A stretch of DNA of 64,000 nucleotides, taken from the NCBI GenBank assembly GCA_002104945.1, contig MCFH01000049.1, forward strand, positions 1-64,000, in the 5' to 3' direction. Numbering within the stretch: position 1 is the stretch's first letter; each line of letters opens with the position of its first letter. The translations under genes and the position numbers were made by a program. This document shows positions 27,480 through 39,373 of the stretch, piece by piece. This DNA comes from Piromyces finnis finn. Lineage: Eukaryota > Fungi > Neocallimastigomycota. The notes beneath the pieces are model-generated. The model searched no databases, had not been told where the DNA came from, and was given only the letters and a program-made list of their open reading frames with translations.

Positions 27480-28115
27480 AATTATTATATAATAGAGGAT
27501 ATGTACCACAGGTAAAACGATAGATAATTTTTTTTAATACTTTTAGGATTAGAATACCTAATTATAAAGTTAAATCACAACTTTTAAATAATTATTCCGC
27601 ATGGATTAAAGAAAATTCCAATTTAGATTTATACAATGATTTTGTTAAAGCAGTGTTACAAGAAAATGTAAATGAAGCGCATAAAAAAATTACTAAAGTT
27701 TATGAAAACTCAATAAATTATTATGATCTTCAAAATAAAAAAAGAGGTTACGAACACTGAAAATGAAGATAGATTAAATGAATCAAATTTTCACAAGTTA
27801 GTAATGGGATTATTCCTTTTATTAGGAGAAGATTATAAAGTCAAGACGAATAGAGAAAGTGAAACAGGAAGATATGATATTTGTATCATTCCAAGAAGAA
27901 ATCGAAACGTCATACCACTAGGAATAATTATTGAAATGAAGGTATGTAAAAAAAATTCAACTAAATATTTGACAAAGGTAGCAAAGGAAGCACTTCAACA
28001 AATATTAATGTAAAGAATATACAATAGAATTAGAAGATGATAAAATTCAAAAAACAATACTATATAGGGTATATTTCAAAGGATAGGAATGTGCTATTCA
28101 AATAGAATATAAAAA
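27480..28115 (+). pseudogene. C-terminal fragment of an AAA-ATPase-like + PD-(D/E)XK nuclease gene (PF09820/PF08011-type)
   Basis: Motifs LLYNRGY, RIPNYKV, FHKLVMGLF, KTNRESETGRYDICI, IIIEMKV, AKEALQQIxxKEY fit this bacterial family. Frameshifts at ~27735 (A7 run) and ~28005, in-frame stops, N-terminal ATPase missing. Confidence 0.8.
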
Positions 28116-28623
28116 TGTAAATAATAATTTTTTTTATTTGTTTCAACAATTACAACTATTTTATATAGAAATATTTATTATTATTATTATTATTGTAATA
28201 TCAAAAAATTACTTTTTTTATATTTTTGTTACATTTTTTTAAACATTACAAAAATTATTAATATATAAATTTATTATAAAGAAAAATAATGTCAATTCTT
28301 AAATATATATTATGTTAATGTATGAATTTATGATTACCTTTTAAATTGAATCATCGTTTCTATTCTAATTATTCTATTATTACCTATTTATATTGTTTTA
28401 TTATAAAAATGATGACTTTAAAGGGTTTGTTATAGAATTGTTATTTTTCAATATAAAAAATATTGAAAAGACTGTTGAAATATATAAAAGAAGAAGGTTT
28501 ACACACACGCAAAATATTTTAATGTAACACAAAATGAAAAAAACTATAAAAAAGATTTTTTTTGGTTTTTTTTATTTTTTTTTAAAAAAAATACCAAAAA
28601 ATAAAAAAAGAAATAAAATAAGA

Positions 28624-29510
28624 ATGGGTTTCTTTAGTAAGTGCTTATGTTGTTGCTATTTATCAGAAGAAAAGTTTGTACATGGCTATTTCTTGTAAGT
28701 TTTATTTTCTAAATAATTTTTTTTAAAAAAATAAAGTTTTTATTTAAATTTAATTTTTTTTTAAAGATTTATCAAATATTAAACATTCCAATTAGTATAT
28801 ATAAAGGAGGTATTTTATATATGTATTATGTTCTTTTATTTCCATTGCAGCTTCAATATCACTTGCATTATTACTTTATGGTATCAAGAGTGTAATTTTT
28901 AAAATATTTTATTTAAATATAAAAAATTTCAATTAATATAAATAGATATAAATGATTATACTTGATTCTTTTTTTTTTTCTTTCTAAAAAAAAAAGAAAA
29001 GACTGTTGAAATATATATATAATATTAAAGTAAGATATTAATAATTTAAAATGCAACTATTTTAAATTTAGAAAAATGAAAAATATATGCGTCAATACAT
29101 CATTATAGTTTTTGGAATATGCGTTATTTTGCAAATTTTGCCAGTTAGTTTAAGAATTTATTCAAATAAACAAATATTAGAAAATCCAAATAATTATGTA
29201 GATATTATTAAGTTCAGATTACCTCATAATTATCAAAAAATTATCCTAAAACTGAAGCAGAACTCGTTAATGAAATTAAAACTGAAGCTTCAAGAATGAC
29301 TATGTTAGCATTAATTTTTTCCTTTTTATAAGTATAAAAATCACCCTTTATTTTTTAACAAATAATCATTTATAATATTACAAAGAATATTCCTTCAATA
29401 ACATATTTTTTCTTTCTTTTATTAGATTGATTATTATTTATCTACTCGTCATTACATCAAGGACCTTCTGGAAGCAACTTACACCCGAAAGTTAAAAGAT
29501 GGTTTAAAAA
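28624..29510 (+). pseudogene. Four-TM Cys-cluster gene B, disabled paralog of A and C
   Basis: Starts MGFFSKCLCCCYLSEE; 10-bp deletion (agttctgtta) in exon 1 relative to gene C; further frameshifts in exon 2 (~28820) and exon 3 (~29240); exon 4 remnant IDYYLSTRHYIK at ~29428. Confidence 0.75.
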
Positions 29511-29560
29511 AAAAAATATTTTTTTTAAGAATTTTTTTTCCTTTTTTCCATCTAAAGTAT

Positions 29561-29933
29561 GTTACACCAAATAAATTAAATTATATTAATTTGTGTAATA
29601 GTATTAAATTAAAATTTTATTAAATTTTATTATTATTGTTTTAATAAAATCTAAAAAAACGATATTTTACCTTTAAAGCTTTATGTATTAAAAAATAAAG
29701 GAATAATGGGGAGTTTCCTACGAATTAATTATTTATCTATAGAACATGAAAAGTTATTTTTTACTTTAAAAATTGTTATTATTTATATATATAAATTTAA
29801 ACCTTTTCCATTTATTTCAATATTATTTTGAAAAATAAAAAAAAATTTCCTTTTTTCCTTATTTAATTTTTATTATAAATAAAGTTTATTATTTTAAATT
29901 AAAATTAAATTATAGATCTTAAGGTTACACCAA
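29561..29933 (+). promoter_or_regulatory. Pair of GTTACACCAA motifs upstream of 4TM gene C
   Basis: GTTACACCAA at 29561-29570 and 29924-29933. Confidence 0.35.
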
Positions 29934-30053
29934 TGATGTGTATATTTTTTTTTTTTTTTTTTTTTTTTTTCAAATTTAAACTAAAAAAAAAATAAAAAAA
30001 AAAAAAAAGAAAGAAATTAAACATTGAACAAATGAAATATGAAATAAAAAAAA

Positions 30054-31012
30054 ATGGGTTTCTTTAATAAATGTTTTTGTTGTTGCTGTTTACCAGAAGA
30101 AAGTTCTGTTAAAGTTTGTACATGGGTATTTCTTGTAAGTTTTATTTTCTAAATATATATAACATTTATTATAATGGTAATGTAACTTTATTAACCTATT
30201 TTATTTATTAACCATCTTAATTTATTATAAATATTATATTATTTATTTTAATAATAATAAAAAAAAAGATTTTTGAAATATTATTTGTTATTTTATTAAA
30301 ATTAAATGAAACATTTACTTTACTAAATGTTATTGACATAGTTGCCATTGTAGTACTTATATTATTAATTTATGGAATAAAAAATGTAAATATTACTTAT
30401 GAATCACATTATAAAAAAATAATTTATGTTTAACTCAAATGATGATAATAATAATAACAATAATAATAATATATATGTTTATATTCATTCATTATTTAAA
30501 TTAGAAAAATAAAGAATATTTAAGTAAATATAATATAACTTTTGGAATATTTACAACACTTGAGATTATACTATTAGCATATTATATCATAACTATTATC
30601 TCGGTTTGCTTATATGATTTTGATGACGAATATCTTGATTCTTTTATTGATGATCTAGCAAATTCTGATGAACCCATTATTTATACAAGAGAAAACGCAA
30701 AAAAATTATTATTATTTAGTGCAATTTGTATAATTTTAGTAATAAGTTTTTTAATTTTCATATTAGTAAGTATAATGTGTTTTAAAATAATTACTATTAA
30801 ATATGACTAATTTATAATGTCATTAAAAAAAAAGTAATTTAAATAGAAAATAAAATATGAAAATGATTTTTAATTTAATTATTTTAAATGTAATATATAT
30901 ATATATATTTTAATAGGTTGATTATTATTTTACTACTCGTCATTATGTCAATAAGCTTATTGAATCTATTGATAATTCTGATTCTAATAGAAAATATGAA
31001 AATGGACTATAA
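30054..31012 (+). CDS. Four-TM membrane protein with N-terminal Cys cluster, gene C, 184 aa, 4 exons
   Basis: Exons 30054-30134, 30269-30385, 30505-30765, 30917-31012; GT-AG phase 0; MGFFNKCFCCCCLPEESSVKVCTWVFL...; exons 1 and 3 are the same length as in gene A (81 and 261 nt). Confidence 0.82.
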
Positions 31013-33907
31013 ATAATAGAATAGTATAAAATTCCAAATAATACTACTTTAACAAAATAATAAACAACATTCAACAATTCATAAATTTATTTATTTACTT
31101 TTAATAAAAAAAAATTATCACCAATATATAAATAAATAGATATATAAAAAAAAGTAGTTTTTAATAAATATTACATTTATTAAGGTTTATTTTATCGTCA
31201 CCACTTACCGCCATCATTCAATATTTATTTAGATATTTTTTTTTTATATAGTAACATAGAAATAAAATTAATTTTAATAACAGTAATAATAATAAAAAAT
31301 ACAATACTTACAAAGAATATAAAATCTATATTTTTTTTTTTTTTAAAAAAAAAAAAAACAATTAATTTATAAAAGCATAATAATGGACGATTCATTATTT
31401 AATAATAAATAATTATAATTTATATAATTGGAAAATCTTTGTCTCTTTATTTGTTTTATTTCTAAAAGTTATTAAATAATAATAAACCTTTTATGATGAC
31501 TACACTTTTTCTAATTATTTTCGACAAGTACCATTATTTAAAGCCATATCTAAATTTTATATCACTAGTAAAATTGTTTATAAACTATTTTCACTCTGTC
31601 TACAAGAGTTTTTTGAGAATTTTCAGAATTTACAGTATTGAGGAATTCTTTTATATAGCTCCGAGTAGAAAGGTAATAGTCAATCTGGTATTAATTATAT
31701 ATTTTATATTTTATTTAATTATTAAAATATTTTCAAATCATTTTAATTATATAAGGATAATTATATACTGTAATTGTATATAAAATACTTTTTTTAAATT
31801 ACATTAATAAAAGTATAAACTGTATCAATGATAATATATAAAATAGAAACTAATCTTAAAAACATCTGACAATATATTTTCCCTTCACTCGGCCTCTCAT
31901 GTCATTATATATATTGTGATACAGAAAACAATAATTAAATAGAAATCCATTATTAGTATTACAATAAATATTTCATAAATTATATTAAATTGCCTCAATT
32001 ATTTTAAATTGCCCTAGGTATAAGGAATAAGGAATAACGAATGATAATTTTATAAAAATTAAATTAGAAAAAAAAAAAAAAAAAGATCAAAAATGAAGTT
32101 AATAATAAAAAGAATAAAAATAAACGATTTATATATACAAAATAATGGTTTATAAAAGATTTATTGTTGGTGTATATTAGAGACCATTTTGATATAATTT
32201 TATTTATTTATTAACTTTCATTTATGAATATATATTATGTATTATTATTTTATTATTTCCTAAATAAAAAAAATATTATATTTTATATTTAAAATAATTA
32301 TTTAAATGAAAAAAATAAAAATAATAGAAAACATATATAATAATATTTAAATTATGCACATTAGCCTGTCGGATATTCTTTCTTTAATATCTCAAGTAAA
32401 AAAGGTTGAATTTATTTAAACTAAAATAACAAAAAAAAAAAAAAAAAGTCAAAAAAAATCATAGTTCTTAATACTTTTTGATATCATTTGCTGCTTTAAT
32501 TTTTAGTTTATATATTTTATAATAATAATAAATAAAAAAAAAATAATACTAAAAAAATAAGAAAGAAAAATAATAAATATTAAATTAAAAAAAAATTATA
32601 ATCATTTGTCTCTAATTTCCATTTAGATATATTGACTAGTAATAAAAATATGAATTTTTATTATTTTAATTATAAATGAATAATAGTAATTTATACTATG
32701 CCTTATTGTGTATTACTTTATACATATTAGAAAGGGTTTAATTATAAATATAAAAAATATATCTTTTTTTTTTTTTTTATTTTTATATATTATAAATAAT
32801 ATCTACTGTATCTACTCCATCTACCATATATAATATTATTTTTATTTTTATATAATTAATAATTGATTAAACTATAACTATGAAATATTTATACTATATT
32901 ATTTACAAGATTATAATAATTACAATATATATATATATTATATATTATATTACGTTTTATGTTATTTTCGAAACTATAAAAGTTTTTTGATTGCGTTCAT
33001 CATTCATAATTTATAATTATTTAAAAGTTTTTAAACAGCGTCTGATTCATTATATTCTTGAACTTTTTGACTCAACCAATTTATAGTCTCTTCGAATTTG
33101 TTATTTTTTACTTTATATTTCTTTAAAATTTTAGGATACTACTACTCTATTGGAATAAAACTGATTTAAATAAATAGTAATAAAACTATAAATTATGAAA
33201 TTAAATAGTCTTATTAAACAAAATATAAAACCATGTAAAAAATTATATTTAGATTATATCATAATGAATAAATAATAATTTAATAGTAAATTCATATTTT
33301 TTTATCTAATTGTATCATTTGTAAAGTCGTAAAATTAATGTATTAATTATAATTTATAAATGGTATTATAATATATCCTAATAACTTTACATGTAATGGT
33401 CATTTAACTATAAAAAATAGAAAAAATTTTAAATCTTTTATACTAAAAATTTATATTGTTTCATTAGAAAAATTTAAAATAAAAAAAAAATAATTTAATT
33501 TTATATATAAATAATACGTCTGTTTCGAAATAAAACCATCAAAACTTCAGACAAGGAATATATCATCTACAATCTTTTTAAATTTATAAAGCTTTTTTTT
33601 TTTTTTTTTGATTTACTTTAAACTTTATTTTTTATAGGTAATTTTTTTTTTGTTATTGAAAGAAAAAATACTCTTTCAATTTTTTTTTAAAAGTATTTTA
33701 AAATAAAAAATAGAGTTGAAAATAAAATATTTTATAAAAAAAAATCACTTATTTAAAATAATAATAAAATTAAAATGTTAATAATAAACTACTTTTATTA
33801 AAATTTAAGGAATAATAGATTTAATTGAATTTTTATAAAGATTATATTTTAAACATATTGTATATAAATTTCTTATTTAAAGATTTACTTAAAAAATAGT
33901 TAGGGTT

Positions 33908-36900
33908 TTACCAACATTTTCCAAATTCAGATTGGCATCCTTGTTCTTTACTACAGTATGCTTCGCTCTTACCACACCATCCATATTTACTACAACAGTA
34001 TCCTTTCTTACAGGAACCAATATCTTTACCACATTTCCATGGATGAATTTTAGAGTTTGCATTTTCGTGATGATGCTTTTTTTCTGGAGTGTATTTCTTG
34101 CAATGACCAAATTCAGATTGACAACCTTGAGCAAGATCACAATAATCCTTACTTTTTCCACACCAACCATATCTACTACAGCAATATCCTTTTTGACAGG
34201 ATCTAATACCTTTTCCACATTGCCATGGATGAAAAGTTGAGGATGGTTTAATAGTGGTAGTGCTAGTTGTAGTCTTTGTTTTTGTAGTAGTTCTAGTAGT
34301 AGATGCTTTGATTATTGTAGTAGTTCTAGTAGTTGTTGTTGTTGAAGAAGTTATCATAGTTTTGACCATTGAGGTTGTACTAGATTTAATATTTGTAATT
34401 TTACTTGTAATTGATTCAGAAGTTGTTGGTTGAATTGTTGTTGTTGTTAATTTTTCAATTATGCTTGTTTCTTCAGTAGTAACTTTTGGATGAGTTGTTG
34501 TAGTTGTTAATTCTTTATCTGTCATTGATTCAAAAGTTGTAGTTGCTAATTCCTCACTTGAAGTGAAAGTTGTTGTCACTGTTTCTTCACTATTATTAGA
34601 TATATTAAACTTATCTTCTACACAAAATCCATTATTAGTACAGAACTGATCAAGAGGACATTCTTCATACTGATCACCACATTTTCTTAAATTTTTACAT
34701 TTTTCGTCATTATTTTCTTCTAAATAACTAATTAAATTTATATAAATAGCGAAAATAAAATTATTTTATATTATTATCAATTTTTTTCTTTCAAGTTAAT
34801 TAAACAAATTTATATTTAAAAAATAGTATACAATACAGAGAATATTTTTCGTCTCCTGTCATTACTGGTGATGAAGTAATACAATTATTAATTAAACTAT
34901 TAATTTATTTTTAAAATATAAAATTTTTGTTAAAAAAAAAAGCAAAATAATAAAATTGTTAAATTTTAATAGATACATAAAATAATTTTATAATGATTTA
35001 ATTAAATAATTACCTAATAAAAATATATTCACTTTTAATAGTGGGAAGCTCAGTAATGTAATTATTATCTAAACATCTATATAATAAATTTATTTCAATT
35101 AATTAAATACTTCAATTTTTATATATAATACTTTTATAAAAAATGATAATACAAATTAAAATGTATTTTTATCTCCTTCCAGGGAAGCTTAGTTATGTAA
35201 TTATCATTTAAATATCTATATTAATTCAATTAATAATTAAATAAATATATAATTAATAAATTATTTATATTTTCATTTTATTTAGACTATATTTTTATTA
35301 TATAATCTGTTTTTGATTAAATACAAATGTTGAATATAATTATATATAATTTCAGCTGGAATCTTGGTTATTTTATTATTGTTTAATTCTCTACATTAAT
35401 TAAATATATATAAATAAATATATAATTAATAAAATATTTTAATTAATAATTAATTATTTATAATAATACTTTAATAATAAGTAATATAAATGCTTACAAA
35501 TATTTAATACCCCCAAACTTAGCAGGAATCTCACTAATTCTATTATCATTGAGTTCTCTATATTAATTAAATTATTATTTAAATTAATTAATCAAATATT
35601 TCAATATATAATTAAAGATAAATAATAAATATATACAGTGAATAAAGTTTAGTGAGATTTCCAATCTCAGGAGGAATCTCACTAATTCTATTATCATTGA
35701 GTTCTCTATATTAATTAAATTATTATTTAAATTAATTAATCAAATATTTCAATATATAATTAAAGATAAATAATAAATATATACAGTGAATAAAGTTTAG
35801 TGAGATTTTCAATCTCAGGAGGAATCTTGGTTATTTTATTATTGTTTAATTCTCTACATTAATTAAATGATGATTAATTAAATTTATATAAATATCAACT
35901 ATAATTAATTATACATATAATATTTTTATAATAAATAATATAAATACATACAAATGTTCAATTCTTCCTGTTTTAAAAGGAAACTCGGTAATTTTATTAT
36001 CGCTTAATTCTCTATATTAATTAAATTATTATTTACATTTTTAAAAAAATATAATTAATAGAATATTTTAAATTTTAAATCATTGTATATAATACTTTTA
36101 TTATAAATAATATAAATCTATACAATCTCCAAACATTTCCAAGTTCAGCAGGAATCTCAGTTAAACTATTATTATTTAAATATCTTTAAAAATATTAATG
36201 GATTATTTAAATTTATATAAATAAATATATAATTAATAAAATATTTTAAATTATAATTATTATATATAATGATTTTATGATAAATACTTACAATGAAAAG
36301 CTTTCATTGCAATTTACAATTTCCTTTGAAACTTTAGATATCTTGTTATTAGACAATTCTCTATGAAAATATTTAAAATATTATCATTAAATTATCTCCA
36401 CTATTATTATAAATTCTTTGATTATATAAATAATATAAAGAATAATATACAAAACTCTAATATTAGAAAGCTTTCCAGCTGAATCAGGAATTTCGGTAAA
36501 ATTATTATAATTTAAATTTCTATTTAAGTTAATATTTTATAAATATTTTTTAATATTATTTTTCATAAGATAAAGCATAATATTGTTAACATAGAAAAAG
36601 AGGAAAAACATACAAATACTCAATTGGAAGATTTACTATTTTATCAAAAATCTCAGATAAACTATTATTACTTATATATCTATAAAATACAATAAATACA
36701 ATTATATATATTAATAATTAAGTATTATTTTTACTTTTCAATTATTTAAATTCATACAAATAAGTAAGATTAATCATTCCTTCGATAGAATCAGGAAGGA
36801 CAGTTAAATTATTGTTTGACAAATATCTTAGTAAATTAAATAATATGAAAAATATATAAATATTTAATAAAGTATTTTTATGTATTATATTATATTATAT

Positions 36901-39373
36901 TATATTATATTATATTATATTATATTATATTATATTATATTATATTATATTATATTATATTATATTATATTATATTATATTATATTATTTTAAAATGTAA
37001 TGAAAACTTACAAACAATGAAGTTGAGTAAGCTTTCCAATGGTATCAGGAAGAGTTGTTAAATTATTTCCGAATAAATCTCTATAAGATTATTTTAAATA
37101 AAAACTTTAATATTTATTTTAATTATTTTCTAAATCAAGAAAAACATACATTCTTTCAAGTTTTGTAAGATTTCCAATGGAATCGGGAAGAGTTGATAAA
37201 TTATTTTCTATCATCTCTCTAATATTTACAAATATTAAATATTAAATATTAATAATTGATTATAAAAATATTTATTTATTTTATAAAGTATTCATCAAAT
37301 TATATAAAACAAAATTTATACAGAGATGAAAGATTAGAAAAATTTCCAATGGAATCTGGAAGTGTTTCCAAATTATTATAATTTAAATACCTATAAAACA
37401 ATTATCAAAAAAAAAAAAAAAGAATAAATTAATACAATTCCAATTCTATTCAATAATAACATAAAATTTTATATTCTCTTTTTTTTTAAAAAAAAATAAA
37501 TCATAATTTAATTGTATTTTAAAAATTTATCACTTACAGTTGTTCAAGTTTTGTAAGCTTTCCAATGGTATCAGGAAGAGTTTTTAAATTATTATAATTT
37601 AAATACCTATAAAAGTATTTTAAAGAAAAGCATCAATATTAAAAAACTATTATTATTTTAATTATTTTCTAAATAAAAAAACATACAGTAAAGTGAGATT
37701 ACTAAGGTTTCCAATTGAATCTGGAAGTGTTTCCAAACTATTACTATTTAAACTCCTATAAAACAATTTTCAAAAAAAAAATGAATAAATAAATATTTTA
37801 GAATTTTTTAAAAAGAATGAAATTTCAATTCTATTCAATAATAATATAAATTTTTTATATTCTCTTTTTTTTTTTTAAAAAAAAAATAAATCATAATTTA
37901 ATTGTATTTTAAAAATTTAGCACTTACAGTTGTTCAAGATTTGTAAGTTTTCCAATGGTATCAGGAAGAGTTTTTAAATTATTTCCGTACAAAATTCTAT
38001 AAATTTATATAATTATATTAATAATTAAAAATCAATATAAATGTTAAAATAATTAATATTTAATATCTTTTTTTTTTTTTTTTTTTTTTTTTTGGAACAC
38101 ATACAACTCTTTTAGATTAACAAGATTTCCAATTTCAGAGGTAATTTTAGAAAAATCATTACCTCCTAAATTTCTTTTTAATTTATTTTTTAATTTTTAA
38201 AAATTATTAAAACTTTACAATGAAATTTTTTTTTCTCTTATTAATTTTATTATATATGCATTATCATACAATTTTTCAAGATTGGTAAAATTTCCAAAAA
38301 AACACGGAACCAATTCTAATTTATTATTTTGTATATCTCTTTAATTTTTTAAAAATAGAATTATTATACAATAAAATAATTTATTACTATTATTTCTTAT
38401 ATTTTTACTATAAATAATAATAATACATACAAACTCCAAAGTTCAGTCAAATTTCCAAATGAATCTGGGATGGAAGAAATTTCATTACTATTTAAATGTC
38501 TATTTTGTATTTTTATTTTAAAATAAGAAAATTAATAAAATATAATAATTATGATAATAATCATGTGATAAAAATGCACTTACAAATTCCATAAACCTCT
38601 TAATTCACCAATTTCATTAGGGATATTTTTTATATTGTTATAGCCTAAATCTCTATTATATTTTTTATATATAATTTAACTATTATTATTAATGTTTTTA
38701 TTTAATTTTATATTTAAATATTTAAAAAATAATTACTAACAAATATCTTAGATTAGTGAGTTTTCCTATTTCATTTGGAATATTGTTTATATCATTTTTG
38801 TATAAAAGTCTTTTTTTAATTTTTTTATTAAAATGAATATTTATTTACTAAAATTGATTTATAAATACTTTTATTTTATAATTAAAAAAAATATACAAAC
38901 AAATGTTCAAGATTTTTAAGATTTCCTATTTCAACTGGAATTTCAGTCAATTTATTTATAGAAAGATCTCTATATAAATTTATTTAAATAAATGAATAAA
39001 ATATAAAATATATACAGGTGGATAATTTAGGGTGATTCTCTTTAACTTATTTTAACTTTATTTACTTACAATTTTTTTAAGGTTGTTACATTAAAAATAA
39101 ATTCAGGAATCTCTAATAAGTCCTTTCTAGACATTAATCTTAATATTTTTTTTATTTTTTTAGTACTTTTGATAAACTACCAAGTAGATAAGAATAATAT
39201 ATTTATTTCATTATTAATAATATCAATACATACAATTCAATGGCATCTCCATTACTATCCTCTTTACAGTTATTATAATTTTCTACTTTTAGTTGTTCAC
39301 AAATTTCTTCGCATGAATATCCAAATGCTATTGTAATCAATAGCAATAAATTCATAATAAATTTTAATATCAT
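33908..39373 (-). CDS. Secreted LRR protein with Cys motif, Thr-rich linker and two C-terminal chitin-binding CBM18 (hevein) modules, 899 aa, 28 exons
   Basis: Exon 1 39234-39373 (signal peptide MILKFIMNLLLLITIAFG + Cys cap). 26 LRR exons: 39070-39138, 38901-38969, 38741-38809, 38584-38652, 38431-38499, 38270-38338, 38105-38173, 37928-37996, 37687-37755, 37538-37606, 37322-37390, 37150-37218, 37012-37080, 36758-36826, 36614-36679, 36451-36519, 36292-36360, 36124-36183, 35952-36011, 35785-35853, 35637-35705, 35498-35557, 35325-35390, 35153-35215, 35014-35076, 34837-34896. Last exon 33908-34727. All introns GT-AG phase 2; spliced length 2700 nt, stop-free. CBM18 motif CGKxIxSCxKGYCCSxYGWCGKSxxYC occurs twice. 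Confidence 0.88.
35524..35819. repeat. Near-exact 148-bp tandem duplication (one LRR exon-equivalent plus one intron)
   Basis: 35524-35671 vs 35672-35819, one substitution seen; 148 = 69-nt exon + 79-nt intron. Confidence 0.92.
36884..36987. repeat. (ATATT)n pentanucleotide microsatellite in an intron of the LRR-CBM18 gene
   Basis: About 21 perfect units. Confidence 0.95.
37322..37996. repeat. Older duplication of a two-exon LRR unit including its intron
   Basis: Exon pair 37322-37390/37538-37606 resembles 37687-37755/37928-37996 (LETLPDSIGN / LKTLPDTIGKLT), and intron sequence is shared (caattctattcaataata...aaatcataatttaattgtattttaaaaattta). Confidence 0.82.

Noticed and set aside
31493-31783. 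96-aa plus-strand ORF and coding-like minus-strand pieces (TFSTRSYIKEFLNTVNSE...)
   Set aside because: No recognisable motif, broken frame and no splice model; cannot be supported as a gene.
39017-39040. Possible extra 24-nt micro-exon in intron 2 of the LRR-CBM18 gene (AG|agaatcaccctaaattatccacct|GT)
   Set aside because: Contains an in-frame TAA, and the gene model is open without it.
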